Part shown: piece after piece, positions 40,586 to 53,560 of the stretch
Numbering within the stretch: position 1 is the first letter of the stretch
Layout: each line of letters begins with the position of its first letter
Assembly (NCBI RefSeq): GCF_036321535.1
Contig: NC_087437.1
Coordinates: forward strand, 2,666,001 to 2,730,000
DNA from: Camelus dromedarius
Taxonomy: Eukaryota
Direction of reading: 5' to 3'
Length of the DNA stretch: 64,000 nucleotides
The notes under the pieces: model-generated
What the model was told of the DNA's origin: nothing
Seen by the model: only the letters and a program-made list of their open reading frames with translations
The model's database searches: none
Made by a program: the position numbers and the translations under genes

Positions 40586-43500
40586 GCAAGGGGCGCTGGG
40601 ACCCAAGTAGGAAGGGAAAGGAGGGGAGGGGTGTTCCAGGAGCCCAGGTCTGAGTATCCCCCTACCCCCCACCTCCGGCCAGGGCCCAAAGCAGCAGCTG
40701 AGTCCCTCCTGAGCTCCCTGTCAGACAGGCCCAGCTCTGGCATCTGGGTCCTGGCCCCAGGTCGCTACACAGCTCCCCTCCTCCGGAGCCCCCTGCCCAC
40801 TTTTCTCCCCTTCCGGCGACCTGTGCTCAAAGGCCCCACTGGCCTGGCATCAAACCCAATGCGCCACCCCAGGGACACCAGGGGGTTCCCTTGTTCTGCT
40901 GCCCGGACACCTGACACTCCTGCCCTCTGTCCTCTGCCTTCCACACGTCCTTATCATCTTAGGCCTCTGTCCTGGGTCTCAGCCCTTCTGGGGAAAGCCA
41001 GGAGGCCAGGGGACCAGGGGCCCAGAGCCAGAGGCTGGGGGAACCCATCTGACTCCCTGCTCCAGACGTGAAATGAAAATCCTGGCTACTAATTAGATAA
41101 CAGGCCTCAGGTGAAGTTTAAAACCTGCTCTTCATAACCTGGCGTTTTGGCTCCAGTAGCACGAGCTGGCTCAGGACTCTCCAAACACTTCCCCAACCAG
41201 GGGGTCCTGGGTGATTTCTGAGTCTCCGTGTGCCTGGGTCTCTTCACCAGACAAGTACAGGTTCCTTTTTCTCTTTTTCATTTGTAGACAGGTAATCTAC
41301 AAATTAGATTTTATATTGAAAATATAAAAAAGCACGAGCAGGTACACAGGGCCCCCTGCCGCCCTCTGTCCAGCCCGCACCATGAGTAAACCATGTTTGT
41401 TCACTTCTAGAAGTTCTTTAGATTCTTATTTTTTTCTCAGTTTGCACAAAAAGATTCTACCTAAAATATAGAGATACTCCCTTATCAGTGTATTTTTAAA
41501 AATTGTACATAAAACACTGTTAAGGGTCCGTACACGTTTATCCATAAGGTAGTCGGATTCTTCCTGGATGTTAGGAGGCCCTTATTTACCTTTTCTAGAA
41601 CTTGTGGGTTCTCTTTTTTCACTTAGTACATCATCTTTTTCTTTTTTTTTTTTACAAAAAAATTATAGTCAGTTTAACATATTTTTTTTCCTTTTATGGC
41701 TTCTGTGTTGTGAGTTAGCATTAGAAAGCCTGCCTTCTGACAAGTTTACAGAGGAGCTCATCACTATTTCCTTCCAATACTTTTATAGCTTTGTTTTTCT
41801 ACATTTAAATCTTATATCCATTCAAAATTTATCTTGGCCAATAGTGTGAATAAGAATCCAACTTTGTTTCAAGTTTTAAAAAATTACTCTGTTTTGTTGT
41901 AGTAACCTGTGAGTTTTTAAAGAATATACAATTCAGTCTCTTGTAATTCATTTTACATAAGGCATGAGGTAGGGAGATGGTTTTAGGATTGTTTTTGGTT
42001 TTTTCCAAATGACCTACCACTCAGAACAACACATAATGAGAAAGAAAAAACCTCTCTTCCCTTCCCGTTTGAAAACCCATCTTTTCCCGCAGGACATCCC
42101 CATGTCTGTGTCTAGTGCTCACCTTCTGTAAAACAGTACTGCACTTTTCATCTGTAAGTTTTGTATACATATTTGCAAAACAATATATAAATTGTTTTAT
42201 CTGTAAGCTTTCAATATGCTATAATATCATTTTATTTTATTTAAAAACAAATCAAATTTCCAACACTGAATTCATTGTTCTTCCCTTTCATAAACACATT
42301 AGTTAAAATAGCTCCTGTTCCTGAGAGAATATATTTACCTTGAAGTTTCTTTGTAAAAGCCCCAGTCTTCCCCTCCCCCTACTTCTTTACTCTGAGATCT
42401 TGGTCTCCATCTGAAGTAGAACGACTTAGTCTCCTTTAACAAGTGCTGATCATCTCCCATGGGAATTGGATCATTTATTTTTCTCCTTGATCTATTAGGG
42501 GATTTTTTTTTTTAAGTAAATTATCCTCACTAATGTGTTTCTGTTTCTTCTTATTTCTCCTTGGGTTTTGCTCTCTGAATGTTGATGTTGTACTATCTGG
42601 TACAAAGATAATTATAACAGAAAAGCATTTTGCCTTCTATTTTTTATTACACTGCACTTTTGTTTTTTAGTCTTAATGTATTTTGCCATAAATTCACCTT
42701 TTCCCCATATAAATAGTAAAGTCCCTACATTTTTTCACTTGTAATTCCCTGGCTGTCTTTGCCATCATCTACTTTGAAAACTTCTGAGCACTTAGTCTTC
42801 AGTGCATCCTACTATGTACAGTGTGGGGCTGGATTTCCTTCTAATCCAATCTGAGAGTCTTTTAATAGGTGAGTTTATTCTGTTTACCTTTGACGTGGCA
42901 GCTGTTTGAGCTTTACTTCACCAAACAGGATATATAAATGGTAAATAGATGATAAATAAACAAAAAGATATTGAATAGCATTAATCATTACCAAAATTCA
43001 AATTAAAACCATTATACAAATGTGATACAACTACACTCCTATTGGAAAACTAAAATTTAAAAAAATTAAAATCTGACAATACTAAATGCATGAGAATGTG
43101 AAGGAACTAGAACTCTCCTACACTGCTGGTGGGATGGAGGAATGGCACAGCCGCTTTGGAAAATGGTTTGGCAGTTTCTGATACCAACTCATCCTCTGAA
43201 GTAAATCCTATTTTTCAGGTTATTTATAGTTACATTAATTCATTTCAAAGAGTTTTTGCCAAAGGAAACATGTTCAAAAAAGACCCAGAGGGCTACACAG
43301 TATAAGCTGTGTAGACGGTGAAGATCAGCTCTCCTCCCAGGAGGAGGGGACACTTCCTCCTGGCTTTCTGACCGAGCATGAGGCGTCCTGGTGTGTGAAG
43401 CCAGACCTGCACAGATGTCAGCTCCACCCACCCTGGTCTGTAGCTTGTCCCTTCTGCTCACCTGCTTCCTGTCACTCACCCCACCTGGGCTTCAACTTCC

Positions 43501-44215
43501 CCTCAGATCATTGATGATGATCACACTCACCTCACGAGAATGCTGTGAGAAATTAAGGTGAACAGATTTTGAATATTCCAGCACACTCCATGGAATGAAT
43601 GTATCCCTGGGAACCCTCCCTAGACTGTATTTTCAGCACCTCTGATGGGTTAATCAAGGATTTATTTTGAAAGAAGAAAACAAAATTGTCTATGATGGAG
43701 TTGCTACCATCTGTCATCGGGTTTGGGATTGGGACATTATCCAGCTTTTCGAAAACATCACACCCCACCCCACCCTCAGAACCCTCACCTGCCCAACACA
43801 GTTTACTTCTGTGCAAAAAAACTTCAGTGTTAATCCATGGTTTTGCTACTTCATGTTGAGTTTCAATGTTAAGATGATTTCATTAACATTGTAAACTTTT
43901 TTTCTTAAAAAATGTTACCTGAAAGTTATCTGTTTTTCAGTCCTATCCTTAAACATTTTGATTGATGACAAAAAGTTAAAATTTTGACCAAGGGAAGACA
44001 ACCAGGGAAAAGACAGGCCCAAGATGAGTGTGGTCTTGTTCCGTGCTGGGTCTCATCCTGGTGCTGCAGGCGCCCCTCGAGGGGGCAGACTGGAGGGTCT
44101 GCCTCGTGGTGATTGTACCTCCAGGACAATGTGCCCAGTTGGGTGTGGTGCCCATCTTGAGGCTCAGCTTGCTGTGACCTTCTAGGACACCAACCTCTGT
44201 GCTTTGTTTTGACAG

Positions 44216-44698
44216 GTTCCTAGGTTGAGCTCCTCTGAAGATGAGAGCATTTCTTCAGTGACCAGACGGCCATCCTTGAGAAATGTCCCAAAGCACAGCA
44301 CCCCAGAGGGAGCTACCCTCAGCTGGCGCATGGAAACACCAGGCCATGTCCCCTCCCACCAGGAAGAGGGCCCTGCTGGTGGGTCCCCACTGCCTGCACA
44401 CTCCTCCTGGGACCTCTCATCTTCCCTGGCAGGGCTCAGCCCCATGGGCCCCATAAGGAAGAGGCAGCTCTCCACCATCCAGGACTCTGAGGTGTCCAGT
44501 GAACAGCGAGGGTCCTACTCAGACCCCTGGCCTCCTAAGGAAGACCCGCCCATGCCAGCCTCGACCACCGGGCAAAAGCAGAAGCAGCAGCAGGGCAAGG
44601 CCCCCAGGACAAGGAGACAAGGACCAAACCTGGGATTGCCCGGGATCCCAAACACGGCCAGGAGGAGGCGACGGGACCTGAAGAAGCTGGCTGCTGCG
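44216..44698 (+). CDS. CCDC201: CCDC201 coding exon 2 (161 codons)
   Basis: gacag|VPRLSSSEDES...KHSTPE...IRKRQLSTI...NLGLPGIPNTARRRRRDLKKLAAA|gtagga; open, phase 0/0; matches recalled CCDC201 motifs LSSSEDES, KHSTPE, RKRRLST and GLPGI. Confidence 0.9.
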
Positions 44699-45309
44699 GT
44701 AGGACCTGACCCTGACCCTGACCTGTCCTGTCCCTCTGGAGCTCTGGGTCCCTGCCCAAGGCCCTGTCAGGAAGTAGCCTAGTGACAACTGAGAGACCAA
44801 GAGCTGCCCTTTCCTCACTGGTGGGCCCTTGGCCTGGGCATCATGGTGTCGCTGGGACTGGAGCACATCATCCAGCTCGGGGTCCTGTCTCTACCCCACC
44901 CTTCCCCATCTCTGAGGGGTCCCTGTGACCCCATGTGAGAGACTTTTGCTTGTGCCATAAAATATGTGCCTCCCAAGTTCCCATGAGCTCCCCAGACCCC
45001 TTAGCATACTCTGTAAACCTTCCCGGTGCTCTAGGGATGGGCAGGACGTGGAAGGGAGTCCCTGGAAATCCCCTTGCTTTGTCCTCATTTCTCAGGTCCA
45101 AGCCCCTGTGGCGTCCACCTGCCCCCCTGTTCTGGCTGGCTCGGAGTCCCAGGGGGTGGAGGACACTGGCCCCTTCCTGCTGCGGGCTCTGCTTCCCAGC
45201 CCCTCCGCCAGTCTTTCTGGTGACCTCATGTTCCAGGAGCTTCTCAGGAACAGGCACTGCTGGGGACACTTCTGCCTTGCCTCTCACACAGGTCTATCTA
45301 GACCCTCTG

Positions 45310-46230
45310 CCCACTTCTAAATTGTTTTGTGTGCTTTTTGGCTATTGAGTCATATGAATTCTTATCTATTTTGGATATTAATTGTTTATCCAACATGTGA
45401 TTTGCAAATACTCTCCCCCATTTCATAGGCTGCCTTTCATTTTGTTGGTGGTTTCCTGTGCTGAGCAGAAGCATTTTAGTTTTATGTTTATTTTTACTTT
45501 TGTTACCTTTGCTTTGGTGTCAAATTAAAAAAAAAAATCATCAGAAAGACCACTGTCAAGGAGCTTACTCACATATTTTCTTCTAGGAGTTTTATGATTT
45601 TAGGTCTTATGTCTTTAATCCTTTTTTTTTTCCTATGAAGTGACTGGGGATTGAACCCAGGACCTCATGCACATTAAGCATATGCTCTACCACTGAGCTG
45701 TATCCCCGACACCCTCCATTTTTTAGTGAATTTCTGTGTCTGGTGTAAAATAGTGGTTCAGTTAGATTATTTTGCATGTGCCTATTCAGTTTTCTCAACA
45801 GCATTTATTGAAGAGACTGTCCTTTCCTCATTGTATATTTTAGGTCCCTTTGTTATAAATTAATTGATAATATACGCATGGGTTTATTTCTGGCTTCTCT
45901 ATTCTGTTCCTTTGCTCTGTGGGTCTCTTTATGTCAATACCAGACTGTTTTGATTACTGTAGCTTTGTAATATTCTTTTAAATGAGGACTCATCATGCCT
46001 CCAGCTTTGTTCTTTCTCAAGATTGCTTTGGCTATTTGGGTTCCATATGAATTTTAGGATTGTTTGTAATTTTAGGATCTGTTTTTGTTTTAAAAAACTT
46101 TGCCATTGGAATTTCGGTAGGGATTGCACTGAGTCTGTAGATGGCTTTGGGTAGCATGGACATTTTAATAGCATTAATTCTTCCAATCCATGAGCACAGA
46201 ATATCTTTCCATTGATTTGTGTCATCTCCA
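45310..46230 (-). mobile_element. LINE-1 ORF2 fragment in CCDC201 intron 2, interrupted by a SINE
   Basis: Antisense L1 ORF2 sequence (TTCTTCCAATCCATGAGCAC; GATTGCTTTGGCTATT; TTTGATTACTGTAGCTTTGTA). Confidence 0.85.
45620..45715 (-). mobile_element. tRNA-derived SINE (Vic-1-like)
   Basis: GGGGATTGAACCCAGGACCTC...CTCTACCACTGAGCTGTATCCCC. Confidence 0.85.
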
Positions 46231-47624
46231 ACACCTAGTGGCTTTCTCTTTCCTCTCTTACTTTTTCTCCCTGCTTCTTCAGAGCACGTTCTACCTGCAA
46301 GGTTACCTGCTGCCAGACAGCCTGACTCCCCGGGATCTCCCTCATTCCCATAAGTTTGCTTTGCTGGCCTTTAGACCCCCTTCGCTTGGCTTCTCTTGAC
46401 TTTCTGGGGCCATTGCTCATAGGGTGGGTTTTCTAATCCCACCCTCCACATCTCGCTGGGCTGGAGGCTGTGCCTGGTGAGAGTTAGGAGCAAGGACTCA
46501 CCAGCGGATCAGAAGTTCCCTGTGCATTGCCGGGTGGGACCTGTCCGCCAGGGGCTGCCCGAGGCCTCAGCTGCCTCCTCTTACAGGAACTTGCTTCCTT
46601 TCTCTGGTCAGTTTCCCTACCGTCTAACATTCCCACCTGCTGCCAGGAGAGGCATGAGCCGGGCTGGAATATTCTGGAGCTGAAGAAGAGAAGGGGACTG
46701 CAGGTCTCACTGTAGGGCTTTTTAGGGGGGAGGGGAGATTGCAACAAACCCCACATGCCCTCAGCTGAGCCTGGGTTCCCTGAGGCAGCAGGGCCCCTCC
46801 GTGCAGGCAGATACCATCTTTCTCTATCACTGGGACAGGCACGTGACTCCTCCACAGTGCCAGGCTCTCCTGCTCCTCATCTTGCCCCTGGATGGGCGAT
46901 GGGGCTTGCTTCTGTTTTTACACTTTTGGGGTGTTTGGTGGACCCTGCTCCACAGCAGGCCTGCCATCAGTGGCCGGCAGACCCCAGCCGCCTTTCCTTC
47001 CATCTCCACACCTGAGCCAACCCGATCTGGCTAAGCCACCTGAACCCCGCCCCCCACCAGTCTCTATGAGCCTCTGCCTTGTTCACCAGCTTGAGTCATC
47101 CCACTCCCACCCTCCCCACGCTGTCCTGCGTTAGTCCCTCCCTCGGCTGCCCCTGAGCAGCCCTGGAAGAGCCCCTGGAGGACACAGTGGGAAAATCCCT
47201 CTCTAGACAGCCTCAGGCAGACACTCCATCCGCAGGTGCCCACCCCACCCCTCACATTTCCAGCCGCCACCTGGCTGGCCCCTCCTTGTTCCTCTCCCCA
47301 CCCCAGTGACCTCTCCGTGCCCTTGTCAGACCCAGATCCTGGGGTCCTAACTACATCTGCTCACAAAGCTGCCTGTCCTCACACCAGCATCCGGGCCTCT
47401 GAGCAGCTGCCAGGCCCATCATGGGATCATGGTGGGGCACGAGGCAGAGCCTTGGAGACTGGCCAGGCGGACTCTCATTTGTGAGGCCTGGATGGTGCCC
47501 AAGAGCCAACCTGTGTGAGAGTCTACAGCCCTGGATGGGCGTCTGCTCTTCCTACGCAGCTTGTCTCTGGCAAAGGCAGGTGCTCCAGCAGAGCAGACCT
47601 CAGAGAGGCCTTTCTTTTAAACAG

Positions 47625-47708
47625 ATGGAGCGAGTGAGGGAGTGGGAAATCCGTCAGCTTCAGAACATCGAGGAGGCCACGCAACATGAACTCACCATCG
47701 ACAACTGA
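47625..47708 (+). CDS. CCDC201: CCDC201 coding exon 3 (conserved C-terminus and stop)
   Basis: tttcttttaaacag|MERVREWEIRQLQNIEEATQHELTIDN*, cf. recalled human MERVRQWEIYVLQNIEEATQHELTIEDD; the spliced product is 194 aa. Confidence 0.92.
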   Translation: MERVREWEIRQLQNIEEATQHELTIDN

Positions 47709-49159
47709 GTGAATGCCCAGCCCTGGGACCAGGACAACACTGTGCTCAGGAGCTTCTGCCATGGCCTGACTTACTCATTTGTCCATCCATACATCCATCT
47801 GTCTGTACATCCTACCTCTTCCTCAGGACTTGCCCTGGGTCTGTCCTTGACCTCCATTGTGCCTCCTGGGTTGGATGGAAAGAACTGGTTGATGATCTTG
47901 TTACTCAGATCCTAAATGTGGCTCAGAGGGGCCAACTGGGAGGAGGGGATGGAGGGAGCAGGTGCAGACAGGTGAGGTGGATGCCCCAGTGTCACCCTGG
48001 GGGTACCCAGAGATGAGATGTAACTCCACCCACCTTGCCTTCTTCCCCAGCACAGGTAGCGGAGCCCGAGATGCTAGGATGATACAGCATAGGGAGCAGG
48101 ACTGAGTTCTGCAGGTAGACCCAGGGAGCTAGACAGCACCCCCCCCCCCCGGCTGGAGAGGACTGGTCCTTCACACCAGGCAGGCTTAGAATGCCACTCC
48201 AGGAAAGGCCAAAACAGTGGCTCTCAACTGGAGGTTGTTCTTGGAGTTTGTGGGTGCTGGTTTGTTTAGTGGGGGGTTGGGGAGGCTGAGAACCCCCCTG
48301 CGGTGTCATGGGACTCTCCTGCCCCATCAGTCTCCAGAGCTGAGCTCACTGCTTAAGTATCCCACCAAAAAGGAGGAGGAGGTAGCTATGACCCTTATAC
48401 TGTAAGGGAAAAGGAACAGGGCGCCCAGGTGCTTCAGTCAATGAAAAAAACCCAGCGTCAACCTCCCGGGTCCCGACATCTCTGGGACACGTCTGTTTGT
48501 GGACATGTTATGGTTATAAACACGGAGCTAGATATTATTCTTGTAAATGCTTTCACCTCCTAGTTTATCAAAAGATGTTTAATTTTTTTCTTCTAAAAAC
48601 CAAAGAATGCTTACGTTCCCAGTGCCATCCTGTGCTTCCACAGCCCCTCCTCCAGGCCCATCACCGGTGACCTGGCTTTTCTCAGGGATGCAGATAAAGC
48701 CTACGGCTAGAGGAGAATCAGACAGGGCCCCCTAAACAGAGTCTCAGGCCGGACTGAACCAACAGGACATGGCAGATCCCAAGGGCAGGCAAGGTCAAGG
48801 CAAAGTCTAGGGGAGGGGAAGGTCTTACTCTGAAGCTGCGGGGTGGGTGGAAGGCATTCGAGGTCAGAGCTGGCTGCCCCCAGAAGAGCCTGCATGTGTG
48901 TGGAGGTTTTGAATAAAGAAGGAATGAAGAGATTCCTCACAAGAAGGGTTAGGTGCAGGCTGGGCTGTAATTATTGGGATAGTTGCTTCAGATTTCATCT
49001 GCTGATGTTCTTATGTATGTGCAAAGAACTGATTTACTGTGTAGTGTGTTTAAACATTTAAGTTTTATGAGCTAGTTCCTCCTTTATAAGCTGACTATCC
49101 AACTTGTTCTTTTTCCTTTGTAACAATTATCAAATTGTAAAAATAAGTTTAATTGTTCA

Positions 49160-49165
49160 AATAAA
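49160..49165 (+). terminator. Candidate CCDC201 polyadenylation signal
   Basis: Tandem AATAAA where GC-rich sequence turns AT-rich, about 1.45 kb after the stop; alternatives at about 48912 and 49255. Confidence 0.35.
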
Positions 49166-50522
49166 AAATAAAAGTATAAAGACGCAGAAAAACGCCTATA
49201 ATTGCATAACATGGAGACGCAAATTCAGTGTAACTGTTTCTCATCTTTATTAAAAATAAACTGTTTTCATGAGAACTGTTTCCACAGACTGTCTGATGCA
49301 AAGTGATTCAGAGGTGTAATCTAGTGACTTTTATCTCTATTTGTTTTCACCCTTTCAAAAATTCAGATTCAGAATGAGTCCAGGGAGAAAGTAAAATAAT
49401 GTAGGGGCTTTGGGAAAGCTTCTTCCTGAAAGAGTGGGAATTATAGGTGCTCGGGAGAAGGTTTTATGCTAGAGATAATTTCCTAGACATTTATGTTGTT
49501 TTCTCTCCTGTGTATTAACAAAGGAGATTCTTAAAGTCATACAACTGGAGTATATGCAAGTATCCATACACCATCTAATTGAAGTTTAGAGTGTAATTCT
49601 TGAGAATATTTCACAAATGAAACAGCACTGATTGTGTGTTCCATGCATGGGACGCTGCTGGCAGGAAGCAGACTGGGAAGGAACAAGCCTGTGCTGATGA
49701 GTCTGCTGCCCGTGCGCGGGGACACACACAGGGAACAGAGTCCACCTGGCCGCCAGCAGCCGCCTGTGTCCTCAGAGAAGGGCTGGCCCCGGAGAAGCTG
49801 AGAATGAACCTGAGGGGGCCCTCTCAGACTGAGGCACTCGGGACACCAGGTGCTGCCAGCTCAGGTTGGAAAATGAACTGCAAGATTTCCAAATGAATGG
49901 GTGTCTTTGGGGGAAATGATCAATCTGCAACAATACCCTGGGGAAATTACAATGGTCTTATTTAGAGGCCAGCACAAGGGTGACTTGTACCACCATTTGG
50001 AATAAAGTATTTCCTTGACTTGTGTGTATGCAAACCTGTATGTTTTGCAGAAAATACAGTTTTAAAACATCTGAGGAAAGGAAACGCATTTTTTTCCTGG
50101 TGCAGGGTTTTTTTTTTTTTTTTTTTTCATTTCTCCAACTTTTATTATGAAGTTTTCCAAATCTACAGAGAAGATGAAAGAAGTGTTCCATGAACACCTG
50201 TACGCCTTTCAGCTAGATTAACCCTTGTTAATATTCTGCTACACTTGTTTTTCCCTCTTCTCTCTTTGTATGTGTGTATATAAAGCACTATAAAAATATG
50301 TAATTTTTTTTTGGCTAAATCATTGGAAAATAAATACAAACATGGCAGTTCACATCTAAATTTTTTTAGTTCCAACTTGGCATCCCTCAAGAATGAAGAC
50401 TTTGTATAATTGTACTATCAGCTTTAGACCTAAAAAATAATAATTTTATCATATGTATATCCATATGATATATATACATATTCCACATTCAAATTTCTGC
50501 AACTATTTTTTTAAGTATGAAA

Positions 50523-50660
50523 CTTTTTTTTGGTGGGGGAGAGAGGCAATTAGATTTATTTTTGTTTATTTACTTATTAAACAAAAGTACTGGGGATCAA
50601 ACCTGGGACCTTGTGCATGTTAAGCACACACTCTACCACTGAACTATATACCCTCCCCCC
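50523..50660 (-). mobile_element. tRNA-derived SINE (Vic-1-like)
   Basis: GTACTGGGGATCAAACCTGGGACC...CTCTACCACTGAACTATATACCCTCCCCC. Confidence 0.82.
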
Positions 50661-50739
50661 AAATTTCTCCAACTATTTCCAGAGCATTTTATACAGATTT
50701 TTTTCAACCAATCAACCAAGCACATTGCAATTTTATATA

Positions 50740-51062
50740 TATTTGTTTTTTTATTGAAGTATACTCAGTTTACAATGTTACGTCAATTTCTGTGTATAGC
50801 ATAGCAGTGCAGTCATACATACACACCCATGTATTCATTTTTGTATTCTTTTTCATTATAGGTTACTCTAAGATACTGTCTATATTTCCCTGTGCTATAC
50901 AGTATAAACTTGTCATCTATTTTTATATAATAATTAGTACCTGCAAATCTCAAAATCTCAGTTGACCCCTTCCCACCCCCCCTCCCCCGGGAACCGTAAG
51001 TTTGTTTTCTACTTCTGTGACTGTTTCTGCTTTGTAAATAAGTTCATTTGTCTTTTTTTTTT
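50740..51062 (-). mobile_element. Artiodactyl-type L1 3' end
   Basis: TTTTTATTGAAGTATACTCAGTTTACAATG...TTCCCTGTGCTATACAG; reverse complement of the family at 58940 and 61510. Confidence 0.8.
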
Positions 51063-51369
51063 TAAATAGCACAGACAGTGTGTCAATCTACACCTAAGTG
51101 GTGCAGTTTCAATTTAACTTAAAGTGAAAAGTTATCTGTAATCTTTATTTAAATAAGACATCATTTGCCTAACATAAAGATTGTATTTATGCAGTGTGTG
51201 TATTTTACATCCACAGAGCCCAAGGATTCCCACCCATCGTGAAGTGTGGATTAGAAACCTGATCTGAGGAGACTGCCTGCGATGGTTTCATGAAAATGTG
51301 TGGACGTACATGTTCAAATTTCCCCATTGCTGGATGTTTGTTTTGTGTTCTAGTGCATCTTAGTTCCTC

Positions 51370-51890
51370 TGTGTTTTAGTTTTCTATTGCTGCATAACAA
51401 ATGACCACAAATTCAGCAGCTCACAGCAATGCATTTATTATCTCAGCTCTGGTGGCTCAGCTGGGCGTCTGCCCAGGATCTCTCCTAGTGAGAACAAAGC
51501 AGGTCTCATCTGGGGCACCTGAGAAGAATGGAAGAATGGAAGAACCCCGTTCCTTATGGTTGTAGGACTCGGGGCCCCATTTCGTCACTGGCTATTGGCT
51601 GAGGGCTGCTCTCAGTTCCCAAAGGCCACGTGTGTTTATGTGGCCTCCTCCGTCTTCAGCCTTCAACAGTGCAACAGGACCTAATCATGCTTCAAACCCC
51701 TTTGTCTTCCTCTTCTGCCACCAGCCAGAGAGACAGTTGCCCACTTTTAAGGGGTTTTGTTTGGTCCGGTGTCCCAGGTAACATAACCAATTGCATGACT
51801 TGGGGTGGGAGTGCTATCTCATCCCATTCACAGGTTTGGAGATTAGGGGACATGGAATCTTCAGGGAGCAGCTTTAGAATTCCGTCCACC
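51370..51890. mobile_element. MaLR (MLT1-like) LTR remnant
   Basis: TGTGTTTTAGTTTCTATTGCTGCATAACAAATGACCACAAATT start and GCTTTAGAATTC end motif. Confidence 0.65.
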
Positions 51891-52358
51891 AGTGTGTTCC
51901 CAATTTTTCATCATTATAATGACACTGTGATCATAAGCTTGGTACAAAATGCTCTGTGCCCATGTCTGCCAGTTTTGTTAGGTAGAGCTCTAGAAGTTAT
52001 TTTACTGGATGGAAGGATGTTAGCACTTTATGGTCCCTGTTATGTGTTACCAAGCTTGGTACAAATTCCCAAGCGAAGTATCCAAGTGGGATCTCACCGT
52101 GGCTTTGCTAGTGTTATATTGTCTTTTAAAATATCTACCAAATTGAAAGGTGATATGAAAAATCATTGTTTTAAATGTGCATTTCTTTCATTGATAGTTC
52201 TGTTGAACATATGTCCCTATGTTTTCTAGTCAGTTGTTTGTCTTTCTCAGAGAATTCTGTAAATGTTTTCTCTTGGGATGGTGTGCTTTTAAAATCTCTT
52301 CTCTAGGAACTGATTTCATTTCAAATTAAAGACAATCAGAAAAACTATATGTCACATA

Positions 52359-52770
52359 TGTGATAGTTAATTTTATGTGTCAACTTTGATGGGCCACAGT
52401 GCCTATTTGGTCCAACATCAATCTTGATGTCACTATGAAGGTTTTCTTTAGATGAAAACTACATTTAAATCAGTAGATTTTGAGTAATGCAGATGGCCCT
52501 CTATGTGGGTGGGCCTCATCCAATCAGTTGAAGATCTTAAGAGAAAAGACTGTGGAGTCCCATGAATAAGAACTTCTCCCTCCAGGTGGCTTTAAATTCA
52601 AGATGCAGCCTTAACTCTTCCCTGGTTCTTCAGCCTGCTGACCCACCCTGCAGAATTTGGATTTGCCAGACACATTCATGTGAGCCCATTTCTTAAAATC
52701 TCTCTCTCATTCTCTCTCACCCCCCCCCCATTAGGTCTATTTCTCTGGTGAACCCTTAGACAACACACAG
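52359..52770 (+). mobile_element. MLT2 (ERVL) LTR
   Basis: TGTGATAGTTAATTTTATGTGTCAACTT...GTGGGTGGGCCTCATCCAATCAGTTGAAG...TTTCTCTGGTGAACCCT, canonical MLT2 motifs. Confidence 0.85.
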
Positions 52771-53111
52771 AAGAAAAACAATTTGATTGACAGAATATTT
52801 CTCAACAATGATTGAAACCATCTCTCACCATCAATTAAACTTGGGTGGGATACTAGTTTTGAATATTTTAGAGAAAATAACTGTCAACTGATAGTTATGT
52901 ACACAGTTTTTTTAAAAAATCTTTTAAGAAGGGAGATGAAGCAATTTACAGATGAACATAAAATGTATTTATTGCTGAGGCCTGAGTTAAGGAAATTCTA
53001 AAAGATGAAACAAGAAATATTATTCCAGCAGGACAGTCTAAGAAGCATGAAGGACTGGTGAAAAATAAGATGGGGAGGATAAATTAAAATGTTGAAGTTA
53101 TTGAAATAAAA

Positions 53112-53560
53112 CAGGCATACTGCATTTTATTATACGTTACTTATTGTGCTTCACAGATAATGAATTTTTAACAAATTGAAGATTTGTGGCAATCCTGCAC
53201 TGGGCAAGTTTATCAGCACAATTTTCCCAACATGTGCTGACTTCATTTTGTTAAGTCTCACAACATATCTAACTTTGTGATTATTGTATTTGTTCTGGTG
53301 ATCTGTAATCTGTAATCTTTGTTGCTGCTACAACTCACTGAATGCTCAGATGATGGTTAGCATTTTTCAGAAATAAAGTATTTTTAATTAAGGTATATAC
53401 ATTTTTTTTTGGACATAATGCTACTGTGCATTTAATAGACTATAGTGTAAATATAACTTTTATGTGCACTGGGAAACCAAAAAATTCACGATGCTTTATT
53501 GCAATATTTGTTTCACTGTGGTGGCCTGGAACCAAACCCGCAATGACTCCAAGGTGTGCT
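53112..53560 (+). mobile_element. Internally deleted Tigger1 DNA transposon
   Basis: CAGGCATAC start, TTTTTAACAAATTGAAGATTTGTGGCAATCCTGC, and end GGAACCAAACCCGCAAT..CTCCAAGGTGTGC, matching Tigger1 termini. Confidence 0.85.

Noticed and set aside
40121..41071. 316-aa ORF, the longest in the track
   Set aside because: GC-rich, runs through the 105-bp repeat and shows no recognisable domain; the CCDC201 exon 1 is in another frame.
44699..44782. C-terminal extension (VGPDPDPD...) of the 185-aa ORF
   Set aside because: Read-through past the exon-2 donor into the intron; the conserved C-terminus is in exon 3.
46527..46715. IGFBP-like motif ARGLSC
   Set aside because: A short chance match in CCDC201 intron 2; no GCGCC motif or IGFBP cysteine pattern.
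51630..52229. 199-aa ORF
   Set aside because: Overlaps an MLT1-like LTR and old repeat sequence; no coding features.
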